Positions 8,287-17,918 of a stretch of DNA of 64,000 nucleotides are shown in pieces. The DNA is from an uncultured Collinsella sp. (GTDB lineage: Bacteria; Actinomycetota; Coriobacteriia; Coriobacteriales; Coriobacteriaceae), in NCBI GenBank assembly GCA_905208975.1, contig CAJLRE010000001.1, forward strand, positions 1,689 to 65,688, written 5' to 3'. Position numbers and translations under genes: made by a program. The notes beneath the pieces are model-generated. The model ran no database searches and was not told the DNA's origin. It was given only the letters and a program-made list of their open reading frames with translations. Position 1 is the stretch's first letter; each line of letters opens with the position of its first letter.

Positions 8287-9351
8287 CTATTCAATCATGC
8301 CGCGCTCGAGCGTACCGAGCGCCGCGCGGGCGTCCCATGCTGCAATGCGCTTCTCGGTCTTCCACGTTTGGAAGAACCAACCGGCAGCCGGCGCAAACGA
8401 AGCCAGCTGGTTGGCGATAAACACGCGCTCGTAGGCATTGCGGCCCTCGGGCGTAACCGACGAGTTGGCAAAGATCGCCGCGCCCGACCATTCGCCCACC
8501 AGCACGGGGAACCCAGTCGAAATCGCTTCTTTAAGCTCGCGCTTGTTACGCGAAATCGCCGTCGTCAGCCCGCGAGGGCTCGTGATGTCGAGCGCATACT
8601 CGTCGCGGTAATGGTACAGGTGAAGGTCCATGTAGACGTTCTTGTACTTGGCGCCGCGCATAAAATGCTTCCACTCGCTGGGATGCCCCGACGACGAGAA
8701 GACGACGATCTTATCCTCGGGCATATACGAACGAACGAGCTCGTAGGCATCGCGATAGAAATTGCGCAGGTAGTGAGCAGGAATGCCATCCGTCATGGTG
8801 AAGAGGCTCTTGCGAACGCTCATCTGCGGCGTGTCCAGCAGCTCAATGCCCAGCAGGCTCTCGGCCTCGCCATAGCGATCGGCCAAGCGCTCGAGCACGT
8901 CGAGTGCGACATGACGGCCGTTGGTGGACGAATGCCACTCGGCAACAGCCTCCGGCGTGGTGGGCGAATCGTTGGAATCGCCCTGGCCACCGGGCACGGT
9001 TGCCAGATCGAGCAGCACGCGGATGTCGTACTTAGCAGCCCACTCAATTGCGCGGTCGATGTAATCGACAACCGATATGTAGGAGGCATCGGACTCCTGT
9101 GAGCCAAAGGCATACCAGGGCACCGGCAGACGCACGGCATTGAGACCGATCTGCGCCATGCGGCGAAAATCGTCCTCGCTCACAAACGTCTCGTAATGGC
9201 GGCGCATGCGCTCGTTATAGGCGGCGGTACCCATGGCCTCCTGTAGCTCAGCCGCGTTGGATGCACCGGTCGCCGCGTACAGCGACGGGGTCACCCAAGG
9301 CTCGGGAATAAACCAGCCAGAGAGATTAACGCCGAGTATCCTCTCCATCAC
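8287..9351 (-). CDS. Glycoside hydrolase family 5 (exo-1,3-beta-glucanase-like) homolog with a degenerate catalytic motif
   Basis: GVNLSGWFIPEPWVTPSLY, GLNAVRLPVPW, DLHLY, VGEWS, GWFFQTWK. The acid/base motif NEP appears as DTP. Confidence 0.85.
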   Translation of the reverse strand: MMERILGVNLSGWFIPEPWVTPSLYAATGASNAAELQEAMGTAAYNERMRRHYETFVSEDDFRRMAQIGLNAVRLPVPWYAFGSQESDASYISVVDYIDRAIEWAAKYDIRVLLDLATVPGGQGDSNDSPTTPEAVAEWHSSTNGRHVALDVLERLADRYGEAESLLGIELLDTPQMSVRKSLFTMTDGIPAHYLRNFYRDAYELVRSYMPEDKIVVFSSSGHPSEWKHFMRGAKYKNVYMDLHLYHYRDEYALDITSPRGLTTAISRNKRELKEAISTGFPVLVGEWSGAAIFANSSVTPEGRNAYERVFIANQLASFAPAAGWFFQTWKTEKRIAAWDARAALGTLERGMIE

Positions 9352-9596
9352 TGCCCCCTTCGGATCATGCAGGTCGAACCCGCATCGTATTGCGTAGGAT
9401 AAGTATCGTTTTGAGTATACCCGCGTGTGCGGACAGGCGACCGAACGGTCTGCAAAGTGACGCGAAAGTGGGAGGAATGTCTGGGAGCAGACGGACTCGG
9501 AATGGTGCGACGAGGTGTGTACGCGCGCCGGAGGCAGGCACCGGAAAGTGTGTCCCGTTCTGAGCCCTTATTCTGGGACGCAGTTTCCGCAGAACC

Positions 9597-9831
9597 CTAC
9601 ATAAAAGAAAAGGACCCCTTTGCAGAGGTCCTAGTCAATTCAAGGTGGCGGGGAAGGGAATCGCGTCCGCGCGCTGCGCGGACGGACCGCTGCGGCGCTT
9701 ACGCGCCTTGCGAGCTGCGCTGGCAAACGCTTACGCGTTTACTCAGCTCCGCGCCCTCACGGGGTTCGATTCCGTGCGAGGGCTACATAAAAGAAAAGGA
9801 CCCCTTTGCAGAGGTCCTAGTCAATTCAAGG

Positions 9832-9849
<18 letters not shown>
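9597..9849. repeat. 67-bp perfect direct repeat (tRNA-Phe 3' end plus terminator) at 9597-9663 and 9783-9849 around a 119-bp hairpin-rich insert
   Basis: CTACATAAAAGAAAAGGACCCCTTTGCAGAGGTCCTAGTCAATTCAAGGTGGCGGGGAAGGGAATCG occurs twice; period 186 bp. Confidence 0.93.
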
Positions 9850-9904
<55 letters not shown>

Positions 9905-10027
9905 ATTTGAGGTGTGCCTTGTTTCAAGGCTTGATTAGTATAACCAAGGACGCGTTCCGGTCAACCGAGAATTTCAAAAAAGTTTTTGAGCACAGCCTCG
10001 GTTCTTTAAATCGGCACGTCAGAGGCA

Positions 10028-10315
10028 TCAGCCGGCAGCAAGAAGTTTTTCGCTCAGAGCCGCACGGGCAAACTCACTTGGCGTCATCCCCTCGGCAGCC
10101 GCCCGTCGACGAATGGCCTCCTTCATTCCCAGAGGAATCTTGACCGACAGCGTTGCCGTCCCCTCACCCGAGAGTGGGGGCCGTCCATGCACGATCCCAC
10201 CAACGGTGTGTTCGCCATCCGGAAACTCTCCGCGCTCGTACGACTCGCACCACGCGTCAATCATTTCATCCGTTACAACCTGACCATTAGCGGCCGTATA
10301 CGTCTTGCCCATCAT
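10028..10315 (-). CDS. Ribbon-helix-helix/CopG-type antitoxin-like protein
   Basis: GRPPLSGEG followed by an RHH-like LSVKIPLGMKEAIRRRAAAEGMTPSEFARAAL. Coupled (ATGA overlap) to the upstream toxin-like frame. Confidence 0.8.
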   Translation of the reverse strand: MMGKTYTAANGQVVTDEMIDAWCESYERGEFPDGEHTVGGIVHGRPPLSGEGTATLSVKIPLGMKEAIRRRAAAEGMTPSEFARAALSEKLLAAG

Positions 10316-10577
10316 CGACCCCTTTGCCGAGCCCGTTCAATCTCCTGCCAAAATTTTTTCTGGACTGGAGACAAGGCATGAATGATAAGCCCCCACGGAC
10401 AAGCTCGACCGCGACAAGCTCCACGCTTCGTCCGTCTGGGAGCCATCCAATCGCAAGCCATCTCGGCGGCTCGTCCTTCGGCTCGCGACGAATGCACTCA
10501 GTAACCGCAAGCCAAGCGCTAAGCACCTGCTTTTCTGTCAGGTGCTTTTTAGCGTTGGGATGGATCTCAACATCCAT
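10312..10577 (-). pseudogene. Frameshifted BrnT/RelE-like toxin of a toxin-first type II TA pair
   Basis: GGAGGAG SD then MDVEIHPNAKKH...WLAIGWLPDGRSVELVAVELVRG in one frame; LIIHALSPVQKKFWQEIERARQRGR* in another. The switch falls at a G5 run (C5 at 10390-10394 on +). Confidence 0.72.
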
Positions 10578-10635
10578 GCATCTTCTCCTCCATCTTACCC
10601 AATTTCGTATGACGAAAGTCCGCTGTCGCCAATTC

Positions 10636-10995
10636 TTAAGTCGGCACGCGTTGGAGAGCAGGGGTCGAAACAATGATTGAAGAGCGTTCTAGTGCGGCCC
10701 AGGCGCCGGGGTAGGAACACATACGCCAGGGACATACGTTTTCGTAGCGCGCGAGGATATTGCCGTCGCGATCGATGAAGGCGATGTCGATGGGATAGGC
10801 CATAAAACACGTGTGGACCGAAGAGCAGCGTGGAAACGCCATGACGAGCGGCAGGCCGTTGGCGGCAACCGGACGCCGTCCCAGCATGCCGCGCAGGCGC
10901 ATGACAAACGACTCCGCCACCGCAAACTCGGCCGGCGTCCAACCCAGCCTATTGAGTGCCCGCGCGTAGGCGATGTAGGACGAGACCGCGGTCAC
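10636..10995 (-). CDS. DUF192-like protein, last gene of the tad operon
   Basis: AESFVMRLRGMLGR...CSSVHTCFMAYPIDIAFIDRDG...ALE pattern. GTG start overlaps the upstream stop. Confidence 0.8.
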   Translation of the reverse strand: MTAVSSYIAYARALNRLGWTPAEFAVAESFVMRLRGMLGRRPVAANGLPLVMAFPRCSSVHTCFMAYPIDIAFIDRDGNILARYENVCPWRMCSYPGAWAALERSSIIVSTPALQRVPT

Positions 10996-11468
10996 ATGAC
11001 CACCCCCGGGCGCCATGGATCGACCGTCACCGCGCGCTCGTGCGACAACGTTGTCGGCGCCCCCAGCGGAACGCCAGCGATGCTGAGAGAAGTCGGCCAC
11101 GGCTCATAGTGCATGGTGCAGGTGTAGGTCCTAAACGTACCGGATAGGGAGAGCAGGCCACCATCCGATGCCTCCGCGCCTTGCTCGCTCGACACTTCGA
11201 TCTGCAAGTCATAGCCTTTCATGGCATTCAGAATTTGAGTCTGAACCGTCGCCGAGGCATCGGCAGAGCTTTCGTCGCCCTCCCCCTCCGACGCCACGGC
11301 GTGCGCCAACACGATGTCGGGCACCACGCGGTCGAAGCGCGCGACAGCGCTGGCAAAGATCATGACGTTGTATACGATGAGTGCCAGCACCAGCAAAACG
11401 GGCGTAACCACTGCCATCTCCACCGTCGCTTGGGCGCGCTCCTCGCGCAGACGCATGCGGATACTCAT
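10992..11468 (-). CDS. TadE-like pseudopilin
   Basis: EERAQATVEMAVVTPVLLVL prepilin-like cleavage site plus hydrophobic helix. Confidence 0.82.
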   Translation of the reverse strand: MSIRMRLREERAQATVEMAVVTPVLLVLALIVYNVMIFASAVARFDRVVPDIVLAHAVASEGEGDESSADASATVQTQILNAMKGYDLQIEVSSEQGAEASDGGLLSLSGTFRTYTCTMHYEPWPTSLSIAGVPLGAPTTLSHERAVTVDPWRPGVVM

Positions 11469-13621
11469 TACGACCCACCGCCCAGAGCGCCAACCAGCGT
11501 GGCGACATCGACGGTAAGCGGGATGGAGCCGCCGCCGGGCAGAGGAATCTCCGCAAGTGTGAGCACCGTACCGCTGATGGTGCGTTCGACTTGATATTCC
11601 AACGCCTCGCAAAGCGCCTTGGGATCGGTCACGCCCAACGGAATACTTCGCAGCTTGTCTTGCGCTTGAGAGAGACCGGCAATGTCAGACCCCGGGCTCT
11701 TAATGACGTTGGCGGAATCGGTCAGCACTGGCTTTCGCAGGCGCAAGTCGCACGGTTCCAGACCCAACGCCGCCACGGACGCCGAAACGGTATCGCCGAG
11801 CCATGATGCGATGGAGCCCAACGCGCCGCTGCCCCCTCCTAGGCCTTTAATCATCTCGTCCATAAGTTCGTCGGCCGAACCTTGGATATCACCGTATCCT
11901 ACGAGCAGCCGTCCCCAAACATCCATGACGCCGTCGAGTACGCCGGCAACGCCACCCGAGCGTTCCTTCAATGTCGAGAAAAATCGCGAAAGCACGTTGT
12001 TTTGCGCCGTCGCCTCATCGGGCGCCAGCACCGCGGCAGAGATGGCACCGCGACTGCCAAGCTCAACCGCCGTGTTAAACGAAGAGTTAAGTTGATCGGG
12101 GCTGGCAATATCACCCGAAACTGCAAAGGCGACTACGCCGTTGCGGCCAGGTGGGGCGATACGCGGACGCTCGCCCGAAAGCGCTTTGATGGCCTGGTCA
12201 AACGCATTGCTCGCACGGTCGGTCTCGTCTTCGGTCTGACGTTCGAGCTCGAGCTCTTTGTTGCGGCATCCGACGTAGCCTTCCAGGGCGTCTTTAAACT
12301 TGTCAAAGTGATACTCGAAGCCGTTTTCGATAGAGGTTGAAGGCGCCGCAACAGCACCAAGCGACGAAACGCCAAAATGGCATTTGCTGCATTTATCCTG
12401 TCCATCGTAATCGGCAACCGAAGCAAATCCGCTCGGCGTCCCTTTCTTATAGTTAGGGCAGGTCGTCCCGTAATGCAGATACGCCTTGTCATCGTTCACG
12501 CTCGTCGGCCACACCGCATCGGTATAGAGCTCCGTCGCCCGAACCTCATCAGAGTTGCGCGGCAGCAGCGGAATATAGGAGGAAACCCTGTCTCCGTTCT
12601 CGGTTATATGTGCCCGATCGACCTCCGCGCTCGCATAGGTATAAAACGCCTTACGCGCCGCAGACTCTGCCTTCATCTCGACACTCGAGCCGTGGGGCTT
12701 CTCATTTGTCAGACGCCAATGGTAGTAGTCCTTCGCGCGATCAAGGGCAACCTGGGGCTCCCACGTAACGCTCGATGAGTAATGCGGATTTTGAACACCG
12801 GAGAGATCCGTTAGGCTTTTCGCACGCTCCCACATGCAAGAACAGCTGCCGACCGAGCCCTTGTCAGACCCACCACAATCCGCCAGCCAAGCACGCTCTT
12901 TAGCCTTCGCCGTGTCCTCAGAAGCCTTCCGCAGCTCCTCGGCCGCACCCTCTAAATCATCTGATGTGTCTTTAATGGTATCGGTCGAGATCTCTGATCC
13001 TTTGAGCGCAGCGAAGTCAGACTCGGATGTCCTGGGCACGGCAAGCGCCGTACCGGTATAGGTCACACTATCGGTATCCTGCACCGACACCGCCTGCGTG
13101 GCACGCGCGGCGATCAGATACGGCAGGGCCGTCTCGATTTTCTGTAAGCCTTCCGATGCGCTTTTGGCAAACTTGTTGCGCGTTTTAATGATCTCAATCC
13201 CGGTGTCGACCATATTGCCGGCAACCGGCTCGGCACCCGGGATGAGGATGGCGACCAGGCCCGTCCCGATCGTGGCAAACCCCGCCAGCCCCAGACTCAA
13301 GATGCTCGCATCAACCACCGTGGCAGCCGTGTGATAGGACGACACTACGTTGGCACCCGCCAGCGCGCCACTATCAGCCGCCACCTGGGTATCCCCGGCA
13401 CGCGACATGCTCCATATCGCCGCGGTCGACGAAAACAACAATGTGAGCACCACTAGGATGACCACGGCAGAAGAAAGCGTGGTATAGGCGCCGTCTTCGA
13501 TAAACAGATCGACACCGGCTCGACCCATAAAGCCGCCTCGCTTGCGATGGCAGCTCGGACGGTGCGTCAAAACGCGTCTAGACCAGAAACGCTTAATCCC
13601 ATGCAGCAATCCACGAATCAT
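11468..13621 (-). CDS. Large TadG-like pilus-associated protein with Cys-rich motifs
   Basis: EDGAYTTLSSAVVILVVLTLLF...QVAADSGALAGA Tad-type N-terminus; ADCG..CSCMWER and CPNY..CSKC motifs; GGAGGGAG SD before ATG 13621. Confidence 0.75.
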   Translation of the reverse strand: MIRGLLHGIKRFWSRRVLTHRPSCHRKRGGFMGRAGVDLFIEDGAYTTLSSAVVILVVLTLLFSSTAAIWSMSRAGDTQVAADSGALAGANVVSSYHTAATVVDASILSLGLAGFATIGTGLVAILIPGAEPVAGNMVDTGIEIIKTRNKFAKSASEGLQKIETALPYLIAARATQAVSVQDTDSVTYTGTALAVPRTSESDFAALKGSEISTDTIKDTSDDLEGAAEELRKASEDTAKAKERAWLADCGGSDKGSVGSCSCMWERAKSLTDLSGVQNPHYSSSVTWEPQVALDRAKDYYHWRLTNEKPHGSSVEMKAESAARKAFYTYASAEVDRAHITENGDRVSSYIPLLPRNSDEVRATELYTDAVWPTSVNDDKAYLHYGTTCPNYKKGTPSGFASVADYDGQDKCSKCHFGVSSLGAVAAPSTSIENGFEYHFDKFKDALEGYVGCRNKELELERQTEDETDRASNAFDQAIKALSGERPRIAPPGRNGVVAFAVSGDIASPDQLNSSFNTAVELGSRGAISAAVLAPDEATAQNNVLSRFFSTLKERSGGVAGVLDGVMDVWGRLLVGYGDIQGSADELMDEMIKGLGGGSGALGSIASWLGDTVSASVAALGLEPCDLRLRKPVLTDSANVIKSPGSDIAGLSQAQDKLRSIPLGVTDPKALCEALEYQVERTISGTVLTLAEIPLPGGGSIPLTVDVATLVGALGGGS

Positions 13622-14129
13622 AATCTCCCTCCAGCCATTCGGGACGCGATTGATACGAGACATCGACCTTGAGCTCAACGTAGCCGCCCTCGGCGGTACC
13701 ACCCATAGCCTGCGCAAACGCACCGATCACAGGCAACGGCTTGACCTCGCCGGAAACGGACACGGACGAGACGCCACCCGCACCGGCCCGGCCAAGCTCG
13801 ATATCCCACGACAACGGCCCGCCGGCATGAAAGATCGAAACGTTGGGCACTGCGGCAAGTCGGCGGCGGGCGAACTCCTTAAGATCGTCGTCCTCCGCCG
13901 TCGTCGTGGTCATGAGCCGCGCGGTCTCGGCGGCGGCAGACTCCATGACCGCGCGCGTATAGAGCAGGCACACCGGTTGCAGCGCGAGAAGGATGAGTGT
14001 CAGAAACGTCGGCAGCAAAAAAGCGGCCTCGACCGTAGACTGCGCCCGGTCCTCGCGCGCGGCATCAATACAACGCGATGTCCTTAGCGGCCGCAGCGGC
14101 GTCGATAACCGACGTCGAGGCAACGCCAT
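13593..14129 (-). CDS. TadE-like pseudopilin (start uncertain)
   Basis: EDRAQSTVEAAFLLPTFLTLILLAL...MESAAAETAR TadE pattern. Confidence 0.78.
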   Translation of the reverse strand: MALPRRRLSTPLRPLRTSRCIDAAREDRAQSTVEAAFLLPTFLTLILLALQPVCLLYTRAVMESAAAETARLMTTTTAEDDDLKEFARRRLAAVPNVSIFHAGGPLSWDIELGRAGAGGVSSVSVSGEVKPLPVIGAFAQAMGGTAEGGYVELKVDVSYQSRPEWLEGDYDSWIAAWD

Positions 14130-14283
14130 GGGATGCCGCCCGCTCAACCAGCGCCGCCAAGCGCCCATCGGTGCCGGCACGCCAAAGCCCCGCGATCGCC
14201 AGCACGATCGATAACAGCGCCACCGTGACGATGGCGTATTCGACCGTCGCCTGGGCAGATTCCTCACGCAGGACATCATGCAT
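14065..14283 (-). CDS. Second Flp-like pilin/pseudopilin
   Basis: EESAQATVEYAIVTVALLSIVLAI Flp motif (ExY/EY at +5/+6). Confidence 0.78.
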   Translation of the reverse strand: MHDVLREESAQATVEYAIVTVALLSIVLAIAGLWRAGTDGRLAALVERAASHGVASTSVIDAAAAAKDIALY

Positions 14284-14284
14284 T

Positions 14285-14848
14285 TCACGATCCCTCCTTT
14301 GAGTCCGTTGCCTGCGGGCTCAGGCGCACGGCGCGCAGACGACACGAAGCATCGCCAGCATCCGCGGCAATTGTCACCATATCGACCCAGCCGCGTCCGT
14401 CGCGCACGATGGCGCCCCACACGTTTCCCTTGATGTCGAGATAGCCGCTCAGAGCAAGTTGCGCCGTGGGTACCTCGCGATAGGCACGCAGCATATCCGC
14501 CGCCGCTTCGGTCATCGGTCGGTCCTCGGACCATGCAAGTCGGACCGCAATCGCGTTGCCCTCAGGCGAATCCGTCGCAGTGCCAGACCGCTTGTCGAGC
14601 GTCCGCAGAAAGTTTTGCGCCGTGACAGCGACATCCGAATCGTCCGCATCTCGCATCTCATCTTTTTGAGACGCCACCGCCGAATCTGAGCCCAAATCGG
14701 AGGCGGTCCCAGGACGCTGCTGCCGCGCGGCGTTAAGCCCCCAAAGCACCGCCGCTATCGCCACGGTCAGGCAAGCAAACACCAGCAGCACCCCGACGGG
14801 GCGCTCGCCCTCTACAGGCTGTTGATGCCCTCGCTGATAGCGTTCCAT
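14285..14848 (-). CDS. Membrane-anchored hypothetical protein in the tad operon
   Basis: One N-terminal TM helix; sits between the two pilin genes with operon-like spacing. Start uncertain. Confidence 0.65.
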   Translation of the reverse strand: MERYQRGHQQPVEGERPVGVLLVFACLTVAIAAVLWGLNAARQQRPGTASDLGSDSAVASQKDEMRDADDSDVAVTAQNFLRTLDKRSGTATDSPEGNAIAVRLAWSEDRPMTEAAADMLRAYREVPTAQLALSGYLDIKGNVWGAIVRDGRGWVDMVTIAADAGDASCRLRAVRLSPQATDSKEGS

Positions 14849-15045
14849 AGATCTTGGACCTTGCCCTTAAATGCGACGATGGCGATAATCGCGATCACCA
14901 CGAGCACGCCGACCAAGATGGCATACTCGGTGGTACCCTGTGCACTCTCCTCCTGCAATAGTTCCTTGGCGCGCTGACGAACATGTGCCGACCGGCAAAA
15001 CGCCCAGCCCTGGACCTTGCCAGCAGCGTCAGTCATCGTGTTCAT
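14812..15045 (-). CDS. flp: Flp (type IVc/IVb) major pilin
   Basis: EESAQGTTEYAILVGVLVVIAIIAIVAF; AGGGAGG SD. Confidence 0.88.
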   Translation of the reverse strand: MNTMTDAAGKVQGWAFCRSAHVRQRAKELLQEESAQGTTEYAILVGVLVVIAIIAIVAFKGKVQDLWNAISEGINSL

Positions 15046-15055
15046 GTATTCCTCC

Positions 15056-15697
15056 CTACGTCATCCCGCCTGCTCCCAGCAGCGGGCCCAATATGGACAG
15101 AATCAACGCCGGCAAGATGAGCGTGCCGGTGGGAATCAGCAGCTTGACGGGCGCACGCTCGATCTCGCGCTCGACCGCGGCGCGATGAGCCGCACGGATC
15201 TCGCGACTTTGAGCGGCCAGTGTCTCGGCAAGTGGGGCACCCAGGGCGAGCGCCTGCCCCACCGTGATGGCAAAGGTCTCGAGCGCTCGCACGTCCAGGT
15301 CGCGCGCGGCGGCCAACAACTCGTCCTCACGCGTGCCCACGCCCACCTGCCACGCCATGCAGGCGCGCTCAAGGCGAAGAGCCAGCACTGACCGGCGGTT
15401 GGCGCAGAAAATCTCAAGCGCCGCATCAAACGAAAGACCGGCCGAAAGACCCAAGCGCACAACATCGATCATCTCGGACACTTCGCCGAGCGACACTCGC
15501 GCCGGGCCGCCCGCTCCAACCGCGCCCTTCACTCGCGCGGTCAGAGCATCGACCACCGAGCGACCCGCGGCAGCGACCAGCACCGCCTCGCGCTTGCAGG
15601 CCCCTGCGATCTTGCGTGCATCCGCCCGATCCAAACCCGTCGCGACAAATACACTCAGGGCGCACAGGCAAGCCGCAACTGCAACCGGGGCGCTCAT
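15056..15697 (-). CDS. tadC: TadC / T2SS-F family platform protein
   Basis: LGLSAGLSFDAAL...LGAPLAETL...PVKLLIPTGTLILPA. Confidence 0.85.
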   Translation of the reverse strand: MSAPVAVAACLCALSVFVATGLDRADARKIAGACKREAVLVAAAGRSVVDALTARVKGAVGAGGPARVSLGEVSEMIDVVRLGLSAGLSFDAALEIFCANRRSVLALRLERACMAWQVGVGTREDELLAAARDLDVRALETFAITVGQALALGAPLAETLAAQSREIRAAHRAAVEREIERAPVKLLIPTGTLILPALILSILGPLLGAGGMT

Positions 15698-16620
15698 AGC
15701 TCCACCCGCATAATGCGCCGGATAACCACCAGGGCAACGGCGTTGAGGGCAAGACCCAGCACCACAGCGCCCGCGCCGGCAGGCGTCGCAAGACCGCGAC
15801 GAAAATCTGCCGAAAGCAGCGCCAACACCGCGCACATGCCCGCCGGCATCGCCGCGACCATATGCGCAGACATGCGAGCCTGCGACGTCTTAACATCCAG
15901 GCGGCGCTTGAGCTCAATGCGCTCCCCCACCATGCTCGACGCCTCGGACAGTAAGTCGGCAAGCGGAGCGCCGGTGCGCTGAGACACCTTAAGCGCCAAG
16001 GTCACAAGCGAAAGACCGGGGGCGTCGATACGCACGAGCAAGTCATCGAGCGCGTCGGTCGCCGAGATGCCGCAATCGATCGCCGCCGCCACCCGCAAAA
16101 ACTCGGTATGCACTGGCTCTTGCGCATGAGCGCCCACAAAGCGCATGCCCTGGGCCAGCGAATGTCCCGAGGCAAGCGACATGGAAAGTGCGGTAAACGC
16201 CTCGGGCATTGCCTCTTCTGCATCGTGTTGCTCGCGCCGGCTCTCAAAGCCATCCCGAGCGGCACCAACGGCAAACGGAGCAACAAGTCCCAAGGCAAAT
16301 CCGAGGGGCGATAACGACACCATCGTTAGTAAAACGCAGCAGACACCGCTCGATAGCAGCAGAAACGCCAAACGTCCCGAAGCATCTTCGATCACGAGGC
16401 CAAGGCGATGCGCCGGAGCCAGCGATGCCCACGAACGGGCGATCTTTTTCAGCAGATCGTTTTCCACCAGCTCACGCGGCAGCTTCTCTGCCACCGTCTC
16501 GAGCGCCTGACGTGCCAGCTCCGCCGGCGGTACCTGCGGCACACGAGGTTCCGCCCCGCACGCCGTCGCGACAGAAAGCCCTGCCAAGCCCCCTACGACG
16601 AGGGGCACAGTGATCTCCAT
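15694..16620 (-). CDS. tadB: TadB / T2SS-F family platform protein
   Basis: MPEAFTALSMSLASGHSL...SQRTGAPLADLL...KTSQARMSA. Confidence 0.87.
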   Translation of the reverse strand: MEITVPLVVGGLAGLSVATACGAEPRVPQVPPAELARQALETVAEKLPRELVENDLLKKIARSWASLAPAHRLGLVIEDASGRLAFLLLSSGVCCVLLTMVSLSPLGFALGLVAPFAVGAARDGFESRREQHDAEEAMPEAFTALSMSLASGHSLAQGMRFVGAHAQEPVHTEFLRVAAAIDCGISATDALDDLLVRIDAPGLSLVTLALKVSQRTGAPLADLLSEASSMVGERIELKRRLDVKTSQARMSAHMVAAMPAGMCAVLALLSADFRRGLATPAGAGAVVLGLALNAVALVVIRRIMRVEL

Positions 16621-17918
16621 TCGTCCACCTCCTCTTGTGTGAGCGTCCCCGACCGCAGGCCTTCTGCGATAAACGGCGGCTCGCGGTCAAGCGTCCAGGT
16701 GCGCTCGGCGGCATCGAACGTCACATAGCGCTCGAGCTCTACGCCGCCCGATGCGGCACGTCGCACCCCCGAATACGAGGAGACGAAGCGCCTGCCATCG
16801 GCGTGGCGCTCGGACATCACGATACCGTCGAGTGCCATGGCAATCTGCTCCTCGATGAGCTCGCTCGGCAGATCGATGCCATAACGTGCAAGCAACGTCA
16901 GACGCACCACGGTCTCCTGTTCTGAACCCGCATGAAGCGTGGTGAGCGACCCGTCGTGGCCCGTGTTCATGGCCTGCAACATGTCGCAGCACTCGGCACC
17001 GCGCACCTCGCCCACCACGATGCGGTCGGGGCGCATGCGCAGGGCATTAGTCACCAGGTCGCGGATCGTCACCGCGCCCTCGCCCTCAATTGAAGCCTCG
17101 CGCGCCTCTAGGCGCACCACGTGCGGATGATGCGCAAACTTGAGCTCGGCAGAGTCCTCGATCGTCACGATGCGCTCGCCGGTGGAAATCTCACATGACA
17201 ACGCGTTGAGCAGGGTGGTCTTACCAGATCCCGTGCCTCCCGCAACCGCCAGGTCCTGTCGCAGCGACACCGCACACGACAGCAGCTGCGCATACCAAAG
17301 CGGCAGCGATCCCAACCCCACGAGCTCGTCCAGCGAGCAGATACGGTCCGAGAACTTTCGGATGGTGAGAATCGGTCCGTCAATCGCCACAGGCGGAATC
17401 ACCGCGTTGACGCGATAGCCCGTTTTGAGGCGGGCGTTGACGATGGGGCTGCGCTCGTCGATACGGCGGCCAAGTGGCGAGATAATGCGGTCGATAAGCA
17501 CACGGATCTGCTCATCATCCTCAAACGCATGCTCGATGGGGTACAAGACGCCGCCGCGTTCAAAGAAAGCCGAGCGGCAGCCGTTGATCATGATCTCGGT
17601 AACGGTGTCGTCCTCGATGAGCGGCTGCAACGGCCCCAAGCCCACCACGTCATCCAAAATCTCGTCGATGATGGTCTCGCGCTCGGGCGTCGCGAGATCG
17701 GTCGGCTCCTCAACATTGAGCACCGCCTCCACCGCAGGACGCAATTCCGAGCGGGCAAGTGCCGGGTCGATATAGGCGCTGATACGCGCCACTTCGTCGT
17801 AACCCATGCGGTCCATCACGGCGCGCTTGGTGCGTCGTTTCACCGCGCGGCGACGCCCCGCATCTACAGGCGCTGCCGCCGCAGCGCCGGCAGCCTTAAT
17901 CCTCGTTTGCAGGCTCAT
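16593..17918 (-). CDS. tadA: TadA/CpaF pilus assembly ATPase
   Basis: [20 protein letters not shown]alker [33 protein letters not shown]. Confidence 0.95.
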   Translation of the reverse strand: MSLQTRIKAAGAAAAAPVDAGRRRAVKRRTKRAVMDRMGYDEVARISAYIDPALARSELRPAVEAVLNVEEPTDLATPERETIIDEILDDVVGLGPLQPLIEDDTVTEIMINGCRSAFFERGGVLYPIEHAFEDDEQIRVLIDRIISPLGRRIDERSPIVNARLKTGYRVNAVIPPVAIDGPILTIRKFSDRICSLDELVGLGSLPLWYAQLLSCAVSLRQDLAVAGGTGSGKTTLLNALSCEISTGERIVTIEDSAELKFAHHPHVVRLEAREASIEGEGAVTIRDLVTNALRMRPDRIVVGEVRGAECCDMLQAMNTGHDGSLTTLHAGSEQETVVRLTLLARYGIDLPSELIEEQIAMALDGIVMSERHADGRRFVSSYSGVRRAASGGVELERYVTFDAAERTWTLDREPPFIAEGLRSGTLTQEEVDEWRSLCPSS

